64,000 bases of DNA from Lingula anatina. Its lineage: Eukaryota > Animalia > Brachiopoda. The stretch spans positions 37,578,401 to 37,642,400 of the forward strand of contig CM120641.1 in assembly GCA_051362555.1 (NCBI GenBank), read 5' to 3'. Every line of letters begins with the position of its first letter. The stretch's first letter is position 1. Under the pieces are notes generated by a model. That model had not been told where the DNA came from. It searched no databases and worked only from the letters and a program-made list of their open reading frames with translations. Position numbers and translations under genes: made by a program. Of this stretch, positions 1-13,270 are shown in pieces.

Positions 1-458
1 AAAATGCTGTTTATTTTCATTTTTTTTTCTAATCCAAAGTCCTAAAGTTTCATTCAAAAGTCCTGCAAAAATCTCTAACATTTCTAATTAGAACACATGC
101 CCTTCATTTTTCAAAAAGTCGATTGGTTTGCCATTAACTCAACATTTTCTGTGCATTTCTTATCAAGTTATTTGAGTTTAAGAATTGGGATGAGCTCAAA
201 TACATGGAATGGAGTGTCTAAATTTCTGAATCACACTATGCAACAATCAGGAATCAACCATTCATTCAATGGCCACAAAATAGCAAAACCTGGAAACAAG
301 CTAAAATAAATCCTAAATACAGAACAATCCTCAAAAAATGATTTCTTTCTCTATTATATGCCAAATACATTCATTCTGCTGGTAGGTACTATGTATGAAT
401 TTGGGAAAGTGCACTTTAAATTTTTTTGTTTCATCACCACAGTTTGGCATGCGCCTAC

Positions 459-488
459 CCCAATCATGACTAGGAATACTCCATCCAC
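459..488 (-). CDS. Candidate 30-nt GFAT micro-exon: (G)GWSIPSHDW(G)
   Basis: ccgttacag|...|gtaggc, phase 1-1 and in frame; the polypyrimidine tract is weak. Confidence 0.3.
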
Positions 489-1013
489 CTGTAACGGTTA
501 TTATAGTAGATATATATTAATGGGTGGATTATTATTTCATATTAAGGGCAACAGAATATAAATATATGCAAATATCCCACTTTGTCCTGTTATAGAAAAA
601 AGCATTGATGTTCACACAAAAAGCAGAATTTCCAGTCACATCTTTTCTCTCATTAATTTACTGGTTGTCAGCTACTAAGATTGTAAATCTTGATTCAGAT
701 GAAAAAATTAAACACATTCTGCAACAAGCCACCTCCGGAATTTGGGAAAAAATTATATTAATGTAACTATAAAAAATATGTACATATCCTGTCCTGTTAT
801 TTCATTAAGCTTTAATTTTTACTGAGAAAGACAATGAAAACACCAACTCCCATTTTCAAATTAATGTACCCATTCATAAAATGTTGACAGATATGAAGTA
901 ATATTATAGGACCTTTATTCTGAACTAACTGGAAAACATTCATTCTTTATTTTTATTAATATGATCTGAAGTTCATAATAGTGTGAAAATGTGATTTTAT
1001 CCCCTCCCTCCAC

Positions 1014-1044
<31 letters not shown>

Positions 1045-1461
1045 AACTGACAGGAAATAAATATGATATCAATAAAAGTAAATAAAGATAAAAACCACAA
1101 ATAACAGTTTCTCCTACAACCCAACCTTAATAAACATTTCCCATAAAATAGAAAAGAATATTATCCAGTTTCTTTTGTCAGTGATAAAAGTGCTAGTTGA
1201 ATAAATGATTTAACTGAAAACTGTTTTGCAAGACAATGAAACACAATTTTTATCTACAGTACCATCCAAATAAAGGTTTGTATATATATTTTCAAAAGGT
1301 GAAAGAATGACCCTTAAAAACCATAAAAATTCACACCTTCAAATTTCAGATAATTATTATATTAATGCACTAAATAAGGCAGGTTTGTTCTACATAAGCA
1401 ACATAATAAAACATATGCAGAAGAACTCACAAAAAAGTAGAAAACGTTAGTGGTGATATAC

Positions 1462-1485
1462 CTTTTGACTTTTCATTAGTTTTAT
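1462..1485 (-). CDS. Candidate 24-nt GFAT micro-exon: (D)KTNEKSK(G)
   Basis: Acceptor ttcccctcttgtgttgctggtag and donor AAG|gtatat. Phase 1-1, in frame, and Lys-rich like the GFAT linker. Confidence 0.5.
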
Positions 1486-3013
1486 CTACCAGCAACACAA
1501 GAGGGGAAATAGATGGAAAACAAGAAATAATTCAGGTTAACAAACAAAGAAACAGCATACGATGAGCATGCTTATAAATGAGAACTAAGTTAACTTTTAA
1601 AGAGAAACAATCTTTAAATCAGACAAGGACTGCTGAGCTTTTTACACTAAAAATAGAATAACTACAACATGCACGACTACTTATTAAAAAGACGAAGCAA
1701 AACATTATGTGTTCAAATAATGCTTATAATAATAAATTTGAATACAAAATATAACAATATTCTAAATATATAATCATATCAACAGGCATGAGAATTTTTA
1801 AACAGAATTATATTTAAAAACTTCTACCCTTCACCATATAAATATAGATAGAAACAATAAATATTTTGCAACGTGAGAATAAGATTGACTTCTAAACTAG
1901 GTAAAATGAGAGACTAATATAAATATTATGCAAAATTGACAAAATCACCATATCCCCATTCATATTTTGCCATTCAGGAATGACATGCGTTAAGTATTCA
2001 ATTGTTAAATTCATTCACTTTGAATTTCACAGCGAAACACATAGATTCCCTCAAAACCAATTTTCTAACTATCCTATTCTGCTATTTAGTTCAAGTAAGC
2101 ATGCCATTTTTTACATCTTTAAAATGATATAAAACCCTTTTTAATATATCACAGTAATAGAAGTGAGCATGTTGTAATAAGTTTGGTAAAGTGTTATAAG
2201 ATCTTATATTTGCATTTGACTGATGAAGGTGTTCAACATACATTGGAGCATCTCAGGTGAGTTTAAAGTTTTTGTTTGTGAAAAAAGAAAATATAAGATC
2301 TTAGGGAAGTTGGTCTGTTAATCAAATTGTTATCCACTTAAAGAAATGTGGACATGACATCTAGGCCCAATGCTTTCCCAATTTTATAGAATTATTAAGG
2401 ACCAAAGGTAAAGAAATGCCTATGTGTGTTATATAGTATGGTGTGATTTTTTAATCAAACAAATCAATACAGCCACTATTGAGTTAGTGCTTTACAAACT
2501 TAAATGGCAATAACCAACTGCATTGGCTTCTAAATAACTCAATTTGCGATACTGATGTGGGTACCACTAAAATTGCTTTTAAATTATTTTTTCGATGGAA
2601 AACAAGATTTATTGCAACAGAAAATGAGAATAAAAAAAAAAGCCTCCACCTCAATTTGGCTGTATTTTATAATAGAGACTGCTGTAAACTGCTATGCTAT
2701 GAAAGATTTATGATACAAGAATAAAGCTTAGTTATAATAGACCATTGGGGTATCATTCAATGTCGGAGCATTTGGAACGCCAAGTTAAATTCAAATAAGT
2801 ACTTGATTTTAAAATTTGATCTTTATGACTCAAATCAAAGCATCGGAGAACAAAGTACAAGATGGCCAAATTGTAACTTCTAATTATTTTGGATGACGAG
2901 TTCCAAATGCATAACAATTCCCATGGGGAGTTCAAGGCCTGGTGGAGAAAACCCGAGATATGAAAGGATTCTGGAGGTTAGATAATATAAGTTCCGACCC
3001 TACAAACTCTTAC

Positions 3014-3070
3014 CACTGGTTTGTGGTTCAGATGTAGTGGGAATCAAGTTAGGTCTGTGGTCATGATCAG
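3014..3070 (-). CDS. Candidate 57-nt cassette exon of GFAT: (A)DHDHRPNLIPTTSEPQTS(G)
   Basis: Strong acceptor cttttccttcctacag and donor G|gtaaga. Phase 1-1 and open in the GFAT frame, directly after exon 8. Confidence 0.7.
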
Positions 3071-3650
3071 CTGTAGGAAGGAAAAGAACAGTCCAGAAGA
3101 ACTGTGATAGATATATGGGGAAAAGCAAAGGATAAAACATCAAATATATAAATATGCAGGTGACATAATAGGAAGAAGCAATCTCATTGGAAGTCACACA
3201 GTGAATGCAGGATTGTTGGTTTCTATTGTAACAGCTCCGAATGATATGTTTTATGCATATTGATGTGACAGCATATTATACAATCTGAGAAATATCAACA
3301 AGTGAAAAATATCCATTGCATAATTGTGCTATCCCAACCATGTTACATCATTTTACTGCTATAACTTGAATTTCAACTCTAAATGAAAGTAAATAATTCA
3401 TACCAACCGATATGGTATGGATTATATGATAGTGAGCAGATTATACCTGTAACTGGGGGTAGTTTAGCAGGGATTTAGTTGCATACCCACAATGCATCTT
3501 ACCTTTCATTATCATAATCAATAAATAAGATCCTTTTAAAGTTAACATTCACAAAATAATTGTTTGTGTTTAAAAATAAAAACTGTAAATGTATGGAGAG
3601 TTGTGAATATATGCTGTTAACATACACCAAGTTTCATGCACACTTCTTAC

Positions 3651-6600
3651 CTTTGCTGTAGCACACTGGGAAATGATCAGCAGATAACTTATATCTGGTC
3701 TTAACACCAATAAGCAATGGGCTGCCTCTCCTGCAATGGGTTTTATTTACAAGTAAAGTTGGCATTTATGAAACATATATATATCCAAGACTAAACATTA
3801 TCTCAAAGTATCAAATAAAGAATGATGCATTCTCTTTGTGTCCTTGAGGTATAAACGACCTCTGAAATGCAAAAACTTATACTCTGGCACTACACCTGTG
3901 ACCAACTCTTCCAAGTACCAAGTTTCTTTTTCACTAACAGTCATTTGGAGACCATTTTAAGCCAAGAGATTCAAAAGTGCTACAAACCCAACCATGGCAT
4001 ATACTATAGGAAAATATTTTTTCCTTGATTCTCAAGCCCATTGCATGCCTGTACTTACCTTGTGGCAACACACTCCCCAGGGAAATGCTTGCTTTTGAAG
4101 ACAAGGGAAAATGCCCCTTCCTACAAATAAATAAAAAGAAAAATGAATTCCCCTAAAACAAATAATGCAATGTATGTAGAAATAAAACAATTTCCAAAAA
4201 CATGTTCCTCTTTGAATCATGTCATTAGTATTGAAATCATATTCCTATTCTGAAGACAATGACATCATTAATCAAAGATTTTAAATATTAAACAGTGACG
4301 TTCTGGGTCCATTAATATCTAAAATGCAAACATAGCACAGCTAATTCTAAGATCTAGACTATTGGTAAATAACTAAGAACTATACAAATAATTATCACTG
4401 AACCAGTTTTAACAAGAATGTCTGATGTGAAACAACCTTGGGTTAAAACTGGTATAATAATAAAGGTTACTTTCATGTTGAAAACCCATCGATTTATTGT
4501 GTTTCTTCTGAATAGCCTTTGAAAATAATGAGAGCACTGTAGCACACGTAAACTGCATTAATCAAAGTTTTGATCGACTTACAGCATTCTAAAGTGTATT
4601 TAACTTCCTGGTTTGAACCAATAAATATTGAACCTGTTATGAACCAGGATGTTAAAACTGACCTATTTTGCTTCAAAACATATAAGAAATGTCAAAATCG
4701 ATGGAAACAAAATATCTTTGATTAAAAAACCTTGTCATTTTCCCTTAGACTGTGTGAGATTGTATTTTTTTTTTTTTTTACAATTAGCTGACCACATACC
4801 AGCTGTTGGATGACCGCCTCTACCAGCTGTCTGAAGTTCACCTCATTCTTGGTATCATAAATGTGTTTAATTAGCTTGGCAATAGTCTCAGTGTCTGTCT
4901 CCGACTCAAACACATGGCCTTTCTTTTCCTGCAATGGAAAGAACAAGAGAATTGTTCATTTATTGGTTAAATAGTGGTTTGATATTTCTCATATTGGCTT
5001 GGCAATGGTCTCAGTGCTTGTCTCAGGCACAAAGATATATTATCTTATGTACAATATTTACCCCTTAATATTTATTAAATTGCCTAGATTGTCTTAAAAC
5101 AAAATAATTTCCAGTATAAAAATTGCATTCTGATATATGATCCAGTAAAAAATGCTCCTGTAATTCATATTTTCAACCTATAGACTTAATAATATATGAA
5201 GGAGAATTCGGTTTCAGGACAAACAGACTTCTGCATTTAATCACGTCACCCATTTGTAAAACAGGAAAAAAAAAGAAAAAGAAAAGAAAACTAAGTCAAA
5301 TGCTTCTTTTTATCTTCTGCAGGTACCATTAAATGCTAAAACAAACAAGTATACCTGGGATACCAAAATATTTCCTCAGTTAAATTCATTAGATAGGCTT
5401 ACCAGGAAGGTTTTGATGTCCTTGTAGTTGGTAATGATGCCATTGTGGATAACAACAAATTCTAAAAATGAGAATAAATATGACACTCAAAAATAAATAA
5501 ATAAAAATGTATTCTTATGCATACCACTTAGGTCTTATTCTATTTTTTTCTATGCCAATAAGACAATATTGTCAACCAATTTCTGCATAAACTATTCTCA
5601 TAATTATGGCTACACAAAACTCCAATTCGCAAAAATAATTTACCATATTCAGACCTTTAGAAAGTCACTTTAGTGAGAGAAATGGTGAAATCTATATTAA
5701 CATACCATTATTGGGATCAGATCTTTGTGGATGACTATTGCAAGCACTGGGTTCTCCATGAGTAGCCCAGCGAGTATGAGCAATTCCAATATGGCAGTTA
5801 AATTCACGGTCAAAATCCAAACTTTGGGTAGAAGCTATAGAGATAAAATAACATTAATAATATAATATATACTGTAATGAAAATTTTAATCAATTTGGTA
5901 ATCAGAACTGTCAATCAGTAAGGTTAATAAGAACGGAGACAAAAATTGTGACAGAAGGTATATATCCTGATGCTAGATAGAATGCTGAAAGAATGAAATA
6001 TTTTACCAGCAATTTCTTCTTCCAGTGCCTTCACCTTGCCACGTTTCTTGATGATGGCAATGTCAGAAACAGAATCTTCAGCATTGTTGCTGCTATCAAT
6101 AGCAACACCTGTAAAAACAAGAGACTGATGTTTTTAAGTCAACAAACTTAAAAAGTGTTTACATCCATGCATAAATTTCATTATGTACACAAAGGCAAAA
6201 TGAACTTTAAATAAAAAATACAGTTACCTTTTTTAGAATCCATGTATTAGATTTGAAGGGGGGAGGGGGCAGAACAATAGAGTTGGTGAGTTTAGAATAC
6301 TTATGCAGGTCAAGAAAGTACTGAAAATTGAAATAGATACTACCAATATCCTTTGTGATTTTATACCCACGAATTGCGAATTTGCCATTTCAAATCCACT
6401 GACCTGCTGAATCATATCCCCTGTATTCCAATCTCTGAAGTCCCTTGATCAGGATCCTCAGGATCTCCTCTCTCTTGGCCGGCACAAGGTAGTTCAGGTA
6501 GGCAAAGATTCCTGAATAAATTTTGAAAAATAACTATAAGATAACATCAAATATAGATTATATTATCCCTCAAAATTATCTCAATACAGATGAAATGATT

Positions 6601-9600
6601 AAATCTGACTAAATCTGACTACATATTCAAGCACTTTATGCAAATAAAACAGACAAAGTGCAAGGATGCATTTATCTACCCGAGGGATTCTATTTTTGTC
6701 ATTCAGGAATCTCGTACCAGACACATTATTTTACAAGCCTGCTACGTGAAGTTTTAGTTGTATTGGTTTCTGTGCAAGAGGAAGACACTTATATATGACT
6801 TTTAGAACTTTGAATGTAGAGCAATGTTGATGTTCTAAGTTCATATTATGTGTAGTTTATAAAACAAACATCTAAAACTAAAGAATGTTCCAAAACATAC
6901 AGGTTTTATCAGAAATGCACCCAAATTTTGGAAATGGCATGATAACAAATTCAAGAGCTACTTCCTACAATTCAGGAACATGTCTGTCCTAGATTTATAG
7001 CTCTAGAAATAATTATGGCATTAACGTCATATCTGAATCCCTTTTTCCCTAAGTCTACAGAAACTTCCAGTGACGTAGGTATGTTATAGCACAGTCATTA
7101 CATGCAAAGTAATACATAATACCAGCAAACAAAATGAAGAAGTATTTATTAGGTAGGGCAAACTGAACCAACAGGCAAATCATGTTAATCAAACACTGAT
7201 ATCCTGGATATTACTGGAATGTTATTTACAGCCACCTACACTTAAATTTGAATTCATCATTTAAGGTTTTTTCAATGGAAATATAAACTGCCATTCTATA
7301 GCAATTACAAGCCAAGTTAATGATAAAAGCACTAACAGAAATTTTAAATGTAAAATTTTGAATTCATTTATTTAAAATATTTTTGATGTGATAGAAGGCT
7401 TTATGTAAATATGTATTAGATAATTGACCATGAAGTGTCCATCATTACTAGTGGTAAAAAATGCTTTGTGAGTTTGATGTGATAAAACATTTTTTCAAGG
7501 GTCCAGAATCTGTGAGTTACATTCATTAAGAACTGTCTTTACATACATAATACTTAGATCTAGAACTGCAATGAAAATGTGGGAGTAGAAAATGAATATT
7601 TGATTAAGGGAGATAACAACAGTGAAAATAACAGGGTAATAAAACGGATGCCGTAACTCAAAATTTAAACAACCCAAGTTACAGGCTACTCAAGAGATAA
7701 GAAGAATATATATCTGTTAAATAATGGCCTAGGAGCTAATACCTATGTGATTATGACAGGTTACTAAAATATAATCAAAAGGCAGTTGTTCTGGGTAGAA
7801 TAACTTCAGAGGAGATAAATGGAAGGTGTGACAGATCTGCAAAGACAATGGCACAATACATATCAAGTTTAGTTACTCAGGACTTATTAGACAGAAGTGT
7901 ATTTCACGTTGACATGCAATATCAAATACTGCACACAAAAACAGCTAGGTACTTTCATTCAGATGCTACTTTTTTTCCTGTGTGATGTTAAAATTGAACA
8001 ACAGTGTGAGTATCAACAGAATGCTTTTTATCTTCTCAATAAGTAATCCAAACAATACCCTCCTTTTATAAATAAAGAAAGTCCCATTTATCATATTTAG
8101 TTACTATAGAAGATTAAAAATTACTACTGTGAATTGTTCTATAATGGTAATGAAATATCAGACTTAGAAAGAGTAGCAAATGACATTCCCAAACATAAAT
8201 ATTGTTTATAGTCACATATCTTGATCGGACGGAATCTGGAAGAACACCATATATATTGAGGGATGTATCATTAAATTAGGTAGTGCATATTAGGAAAATG
8301 AGAAGGTCTGACTTCAGTATTAAGTCTGTTATTGCCTTTGTCAACTATGAAACTCAACGAGACAAACTTTGCAACAAAAAATGCTCCTACATACAAATGA
8401 ATAACAAAAAAGTAAAGGTGTTACTTGTTTTTTTTTAATTATAAGAACTAAAAGCAAATACCTCAATTTATCCATTCAAACCTTAGACTTTTTCTTTTGT
8501 GTAAAATGGCACTGGCACTTTAAAAACAAGAAGTGTGTATTTGATTTTTCTCAAGTTATCCATGTGCCCTTATCTCCAGTAATGGGATACAGCCTACAGG
8601 TGTTGAATGACATAACAGAGGGAATAAATTTACTCTCTATCCCCAATGTATATCTTTTTAAAGGGTAAAAAACATTGACTCGTTTCTACGACTGGCAAAG
8701 AATATCATCTTTAATGTTGTAAATGACACACACCAGTTCTTAGAATCACTGTACATGAGTCATGAATTTTGAAATTTTTGAAAGCAGAACTGAAGCATGA
8801 GTGGACATCATGAGGATGTTCCCTGCTTATGAATCAGAAGAAAATTTTTAAAAACTTGAATGAAAGTCCTCCAATGCTAAAGCAGGCACTAGTAAAATTC
8901 GTTGGCAGTAATAGGCAATAGGGTTGAACAGTTTTTGCTAAGTTTTAGTACCCAACTCAGGAACACAAGTCGATTAAATACCCATTAAGGGTGTCTGTTT
9001 TGTGATTTTCTACCTGGTCAACTGCAAATTCACTATCTACTTGAAACTTAAAGGGACCATTTGTCTGCATTTTTTCAAGCAAATTGCACTGCATATGCTA
9101 TTTTTGGAAGCTCATTCTTTATAAGGAAAGAATTTGTATTCAGCTTTGTACCTACTAGTACTTCATTTGTTATACAATTTTATGTGAATTAAATGCTACA
9201 GCCTACAGGAATTGTGGTGTTCAATTGTGATGGTGTCAAGGAAGCATAAACACATAAACAGTTCTAAGACCAAGCCACTGCCAGGTCTTAAAGTACCTTA
9301 TCAGGTGAAACGGAATAACTGTGCATTCTGTTACTTCTTAATCTTCTCAGCTTTTTCTTAATTTTCTTTACCTAAGTATTTACAACTGCCACTGATTTGT
9401 GAACTTTAACCTGACAACTTGTGGTCTCACCTTTTTGTTCTTTTTTCCAAAAACTTTTAGAGTTGACAGTAATTGGAATCACAAGATTCTTACTCAATTT
9501 CATCAACAAATCTATATTTTAAGATAACAACTGTGTATTGACTAACTGAGACACAAACCACATAAAACTAGAAAAACACTCATAGAGCACAGACCTCTGC

Positions 9601-10614
9601 CAAGACAGATCAATTTTCACAATTATTTATTTATCATTAATTAATCACCATCAAAATCTTAATGTAACCTATTTCAGGCCCATCTTAAAAATTTTAACAA
9701 AATCCATCCTTCCATAGACTGTTTACTGACAAACAAACATACAAGTAGGCAAAAACTCTTTGGCAAGGATATTAAAAGTTATATAATTAAAAGTTGGAGT
9801 AACACATTTAATGAGACATCCTTAGGGCCATCATTTACTAGGTCCTATGGAAGCTACATAATCAAAAAGTAAGGCAAGAGCCAGAATCCTCCTGCAGACA
9901 GTAATTCTATTATATATTATACAACACAGGAATGAATAAGCTGACAAGTGAGTGTTGTTCAAAGAAAGCTGAAGGAAGAAAAGGTAATATGTGGCTTCTT
10001 AAACACCTGTGTTAGAAACTATAATCATTAGAGATTTATTGGTGACAGCCCAGCCCTCAAGCAATCATTGCATTCTTTTGCACAATAATGAAGTTTCTGC
10101 TCTTAAATTATGGAGGAAGGAATTGAAAAGATGGCTCTTCCAAAATTGCCATTCAACACAAAATTATAAGATGTCTTTTTACCCGACTTACAACAATAAT
10201 TGAGGTGAGAAAATTACTTTGGGCATCTGGTAAAAGAAAAGTTGCAAACTTGTGAAATGGCAGCTGGCTTTCTAAGAAATTCAACTTAGGCCTCATTCAG
10301 AACAGGGGACTAACGGATCCGCAGGTCAAATATGACCAACCCACTTGAATGCTTGTTGCGTAATCCCCGCAGGAAATCTATTCAGCATCAAGCTTTTTTA
10401 GTGGGTCGCCATATTTGATCAGTGGATCTGTTAGTCCACTGTTTTAAATGGGCCCCTTAAACACTGTCAGTAAAATAAAAACGTTACCAAAATGAGATGG
10501 AGGAGCAAAATCAGAAGTTTTTACTGGTTGAGCAGCCATTAAATAGATAAATAAGGTAGACAGAGGTGAAGTTCTTCATTGTGTGGAATCACAGTGAGAG
10601 AATGTTAACAGCTT

Positions 10615-10668
<54 letters not shown>

Positions 10669-12892
10669 GGCATCAAGTTCAAAAAGAACTTGCTAGGGTT
10701 ATTATCCAACATTTCCTTACAGGAAAGATTGCAACTACTAGTACACAATTTTAAAAGAAGTAACTGATGCACCACATACACTTATTATACTATGTACATA
10801 ATTAATTGCATGTGATAAAGGATATCTTGAAATTTCCATCCTAAACAGATGAAAAGACTGCCAAGACGGCAAATTAGCAGACAGCCCATTTCATGCAGCA
10901 AGCCATTTATTGCCATGGAGACAACATGACACCTGGGAAAGGTGCGCATCTCTTTGCATATTGTAGACAAAATGACTGGGCTAGACCCTCTTGCTCTCAC
11001 ATGTGCTACATACAGAGATTGTCGCACATGTTATCTAAACAGATTTCTGTACTTTAATATCAAGGGGGAAACTTTTTGTTGGGCTTCAGATTTCAGTGAA
11101 TGTGCTTAAATGAGATAAAAAGCAATTTTTTAAATAAGTTTTAACTGTCTTAAACCAAATTAGAATATACATATTAAGCATTTAGCTAAAATTTTCTATG
11201 CTAGAGTGAACCCATCTTTAAAAGAAGAAACATGAGGGCATTTACAACCATCCTTCCCTGATACACATAACTAAAATTATCAAAGTTGTCCTCAACTGTT
11301 CCTAATACACGAGTAAAACCTTGATTAGGGGTTATGTTCACAACCCCATGATAAGATGAGACCACTGATTAACGGCCTAACCAAGGCAGAGTGATGAATC
11401 TGTCTGTTAAGTCCCCTGATGAGCCTACTTAATGGTTGTCGTCATGAACACTGACTTTGGGCCATTGAGCTGACTTCTTGCAATACAAAAGCCACTTGTC
11501 TGGCATATAATTTGAGTAGCAGACAGTGGGAGTATGGTGGACATGAACATAGGTATACAAAGCACACTGCTCACCTTATTTAAGTTTAACAATATAAATG
11601 TATTATTTTTCTTTACTGACCACATACAAATGTGACAGGTCTTAAATAAGGCAAGGTGGATTAATTTAAATCTGGGGCAGCTTGAAAACAACCCCCTATC
11701 AAGAATGTGTAGACACTAAGTACAGACATTACTTAACACCTCTCATATACAGCTAGTGCATGGATGCAAACAACAAAATTTCACAATCAAAACAGCACTA
11801 TTTTATAAGAAGTTTACTTCGCGGCAGTTTGCTAAGACCACATGCATATCATAATTGCCTGTAAGCCTATTAACATTTACAATGTGACACATTAGCAGAT
11901 TTCATTAGGTATTTTCTATTCACACCCTTGCTAAGTGAGGGCATCTACCTGAATATGTTTAACATGAAAATTACTTTTTGTTAAAAGTTTATCAAGGTCT
12001 GCTTTTCATTCAGGCAGGTATCTGTTTTAATGTTGTAAAGTAGCAAGATTAAATAAAATCTGAACTTGATTAATTTCAAGTTCAAAAATTATTTATCTCA
12101 CATTTGAGGATTTTAATTTCTTAATTCATAATTTAAAAGGCATGAATATGTCAAAAATGTAAATTTTTTATTTTTCAAGAGCTACAAATATTAAATTAAA
12201 ACTACTGAAATTAAATAATTATAAATAATAATAATAAGAAGAAGAAGAAGAAAAAGAAAAACTATTTATGATTTCAAGAAGAGAGACCTTATCCAGTGAC
12301 TGGCAGTCAAAAGGACTCGAACCCTTTCAATGAGAAATCGCTGTATTTTCTCGATCTCTTACTAAATTACATCTTTTCATGCTGAAATATGATTTTGGCA
12401 AGTCTTAGAAGCAATGGGGCAATCCCAACTTTCTGACTTGTCTCTTTAAAAGATACTATCAAATGCTTTCTGCATAACTGTTTACCAAGATCATTGCTTA
12501 ATACAGGGAAGTTGCCTCATATCCGTGTTCATTAAAAACTCATTAATATCGATTTAAATGTTGTTTCTACAATAAATAATTCTGTTCCCTGTACATTTAA
12601 CGTTTATATTTCATGTAGACATCACTACTGACGATATCAACTGCTCCGAGAAATACACAGGTCTGCATCATTTCGTTTCGTTTTCAACTTCATGCGTGTT
12701 TATCTTAGTGACAACATTTCGATCGCATTTACCACAACCAGGCAATCGAATATAACCAAAAGCTAATGGATGCTTACTCTACGTCAGTGAATGTGGAAAA
12801 TATATCTGGTCAAAGCTTATCCTGTCGTATATACCACTGATCTACTATACCTCGTAACACTCAGAACATCGTCCCATATACTTACCACACAT
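3651..12892 (-). CDS. GFPT1: Glutamine-fructose-6-phosphate aminotransferase (GFAT), 5' part encoding the glutaminase domain; gene continues beyond the left edge
   Basis: Exons in transcript order: 12886-12892 (ATG TGT G), 6404-6511, 6007-6108, 5706-5834, 5403-5461, 4800-4928, 4059-4120, 3651-3730. All are GT-AG and phase-consistent. Translation: [10 protein letters not shown]...[14 protein letters not shown]...[11 protein letters not shown]...[11 protein letters not shown]...[13 protein letters not shown]...[10 protein letters not shown]...RRGSPLLIG, including the N-terminal catalytic Cys of class II amidotransferases. Probably co-orthologous to GFPT1/GFPT2. Confidence 0.97.
9566..9775. mobile_element. 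Short dispersed repeat, copy 1 (Helitron/Helentron-like non-autonomous element, tentative)
   Basis: aactagaaaaacactcatagagcacagacctctgccaag matches aactagaaaagaactcccagagcgcagacctccgccaag near 25947. Further shared block atcaccatcaaaa...ggccca...aaaatttt...caaaatc. CTAG terminus, and a degenerate subterminal inverted repeat (ctttggcaagga) near 9760. Confidence 0.55.
10289..10456. mobile_element. Palindromic MITE, PIF/Harbinger-like (family B, copy 1)
   Basis: Arms ggcctcattcagaacaggggactaacggatcc...caaatatg and catatttgatcagtggatctgttagtccactgttttaaatgggcccc, flanked by TTA on both sides. Confidence 0.8.
10618..10666. repeat. (AC)n microsatellite
   Basis: Perfect dinucleotide run of about 49 bp. 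Confidence 0.98.
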
Positions 12893-13270
12893 CTTCTCTG
12901 TCACTTCGGTTTTAGACAGCCCAAGTGTGGTAAATAGCTATGCCACGTCCTTTTGTATATACACAGTGACCTCTGACCTCAGATTTTACTTCCGGTTGAT
13001 GAAAGCCACGCCTTCCACCAAACAATCTGATTTTAATAAAAAGTAAAGTATCCTTAATTATTCGATTGATGGTTAATATCTACTGTTTCAGCCCTCAAAT
13101 AGTAAAATTTAACTAAAATTATTTTTATGAAATCGATTCAGGCGTGCCCGCAAAGGATTATGGGACAATTTGACCCAGTTCTGCGTCTACTTTCATGCCG
13201 CAGCCTGCTTTGTTTATATCTAGTTCCACCGGTTGCTGCATTTCCAGTGTTTTACTACATTTTTGAAATA
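12893..13270. promoter_or_regulatory. Bidirectional promoter and 5' UTRs shared by GFAT and POLB
   Basis: Divergent start codons are 378 bp apart. Locally CpG-rich, with an ETS-type ACTTCCGG (~12988), GCCACGTC (12942), TGACCTCTGACCT (~12967) and GCCACGCC (13005). Confidence 0.8.

Noticed and set aside
3502-3531. Strong minus-strand donor AAG|gtaag with a possible 30-nt exon in GFAT intron 8
   Set aside because: Weak AAG acceptor and an intron-like peptide; it looks like a partial echo of the exon 8 donor.
11391-11421. Box C (GTGATGA) and box D (CTGA) pair as a snoRNA
   Set aside because: Antisense to the host gene, boxes too close and no terminal stem. Similar box C hits at ~49408 and ~54948 also lack proper spacing or a box D.
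12992-13010. ERSE element (CCAAT-N9-CCACG) in the bidirectional promoter
   Set aside because: The position requiring CCAAT reads CCGGT.
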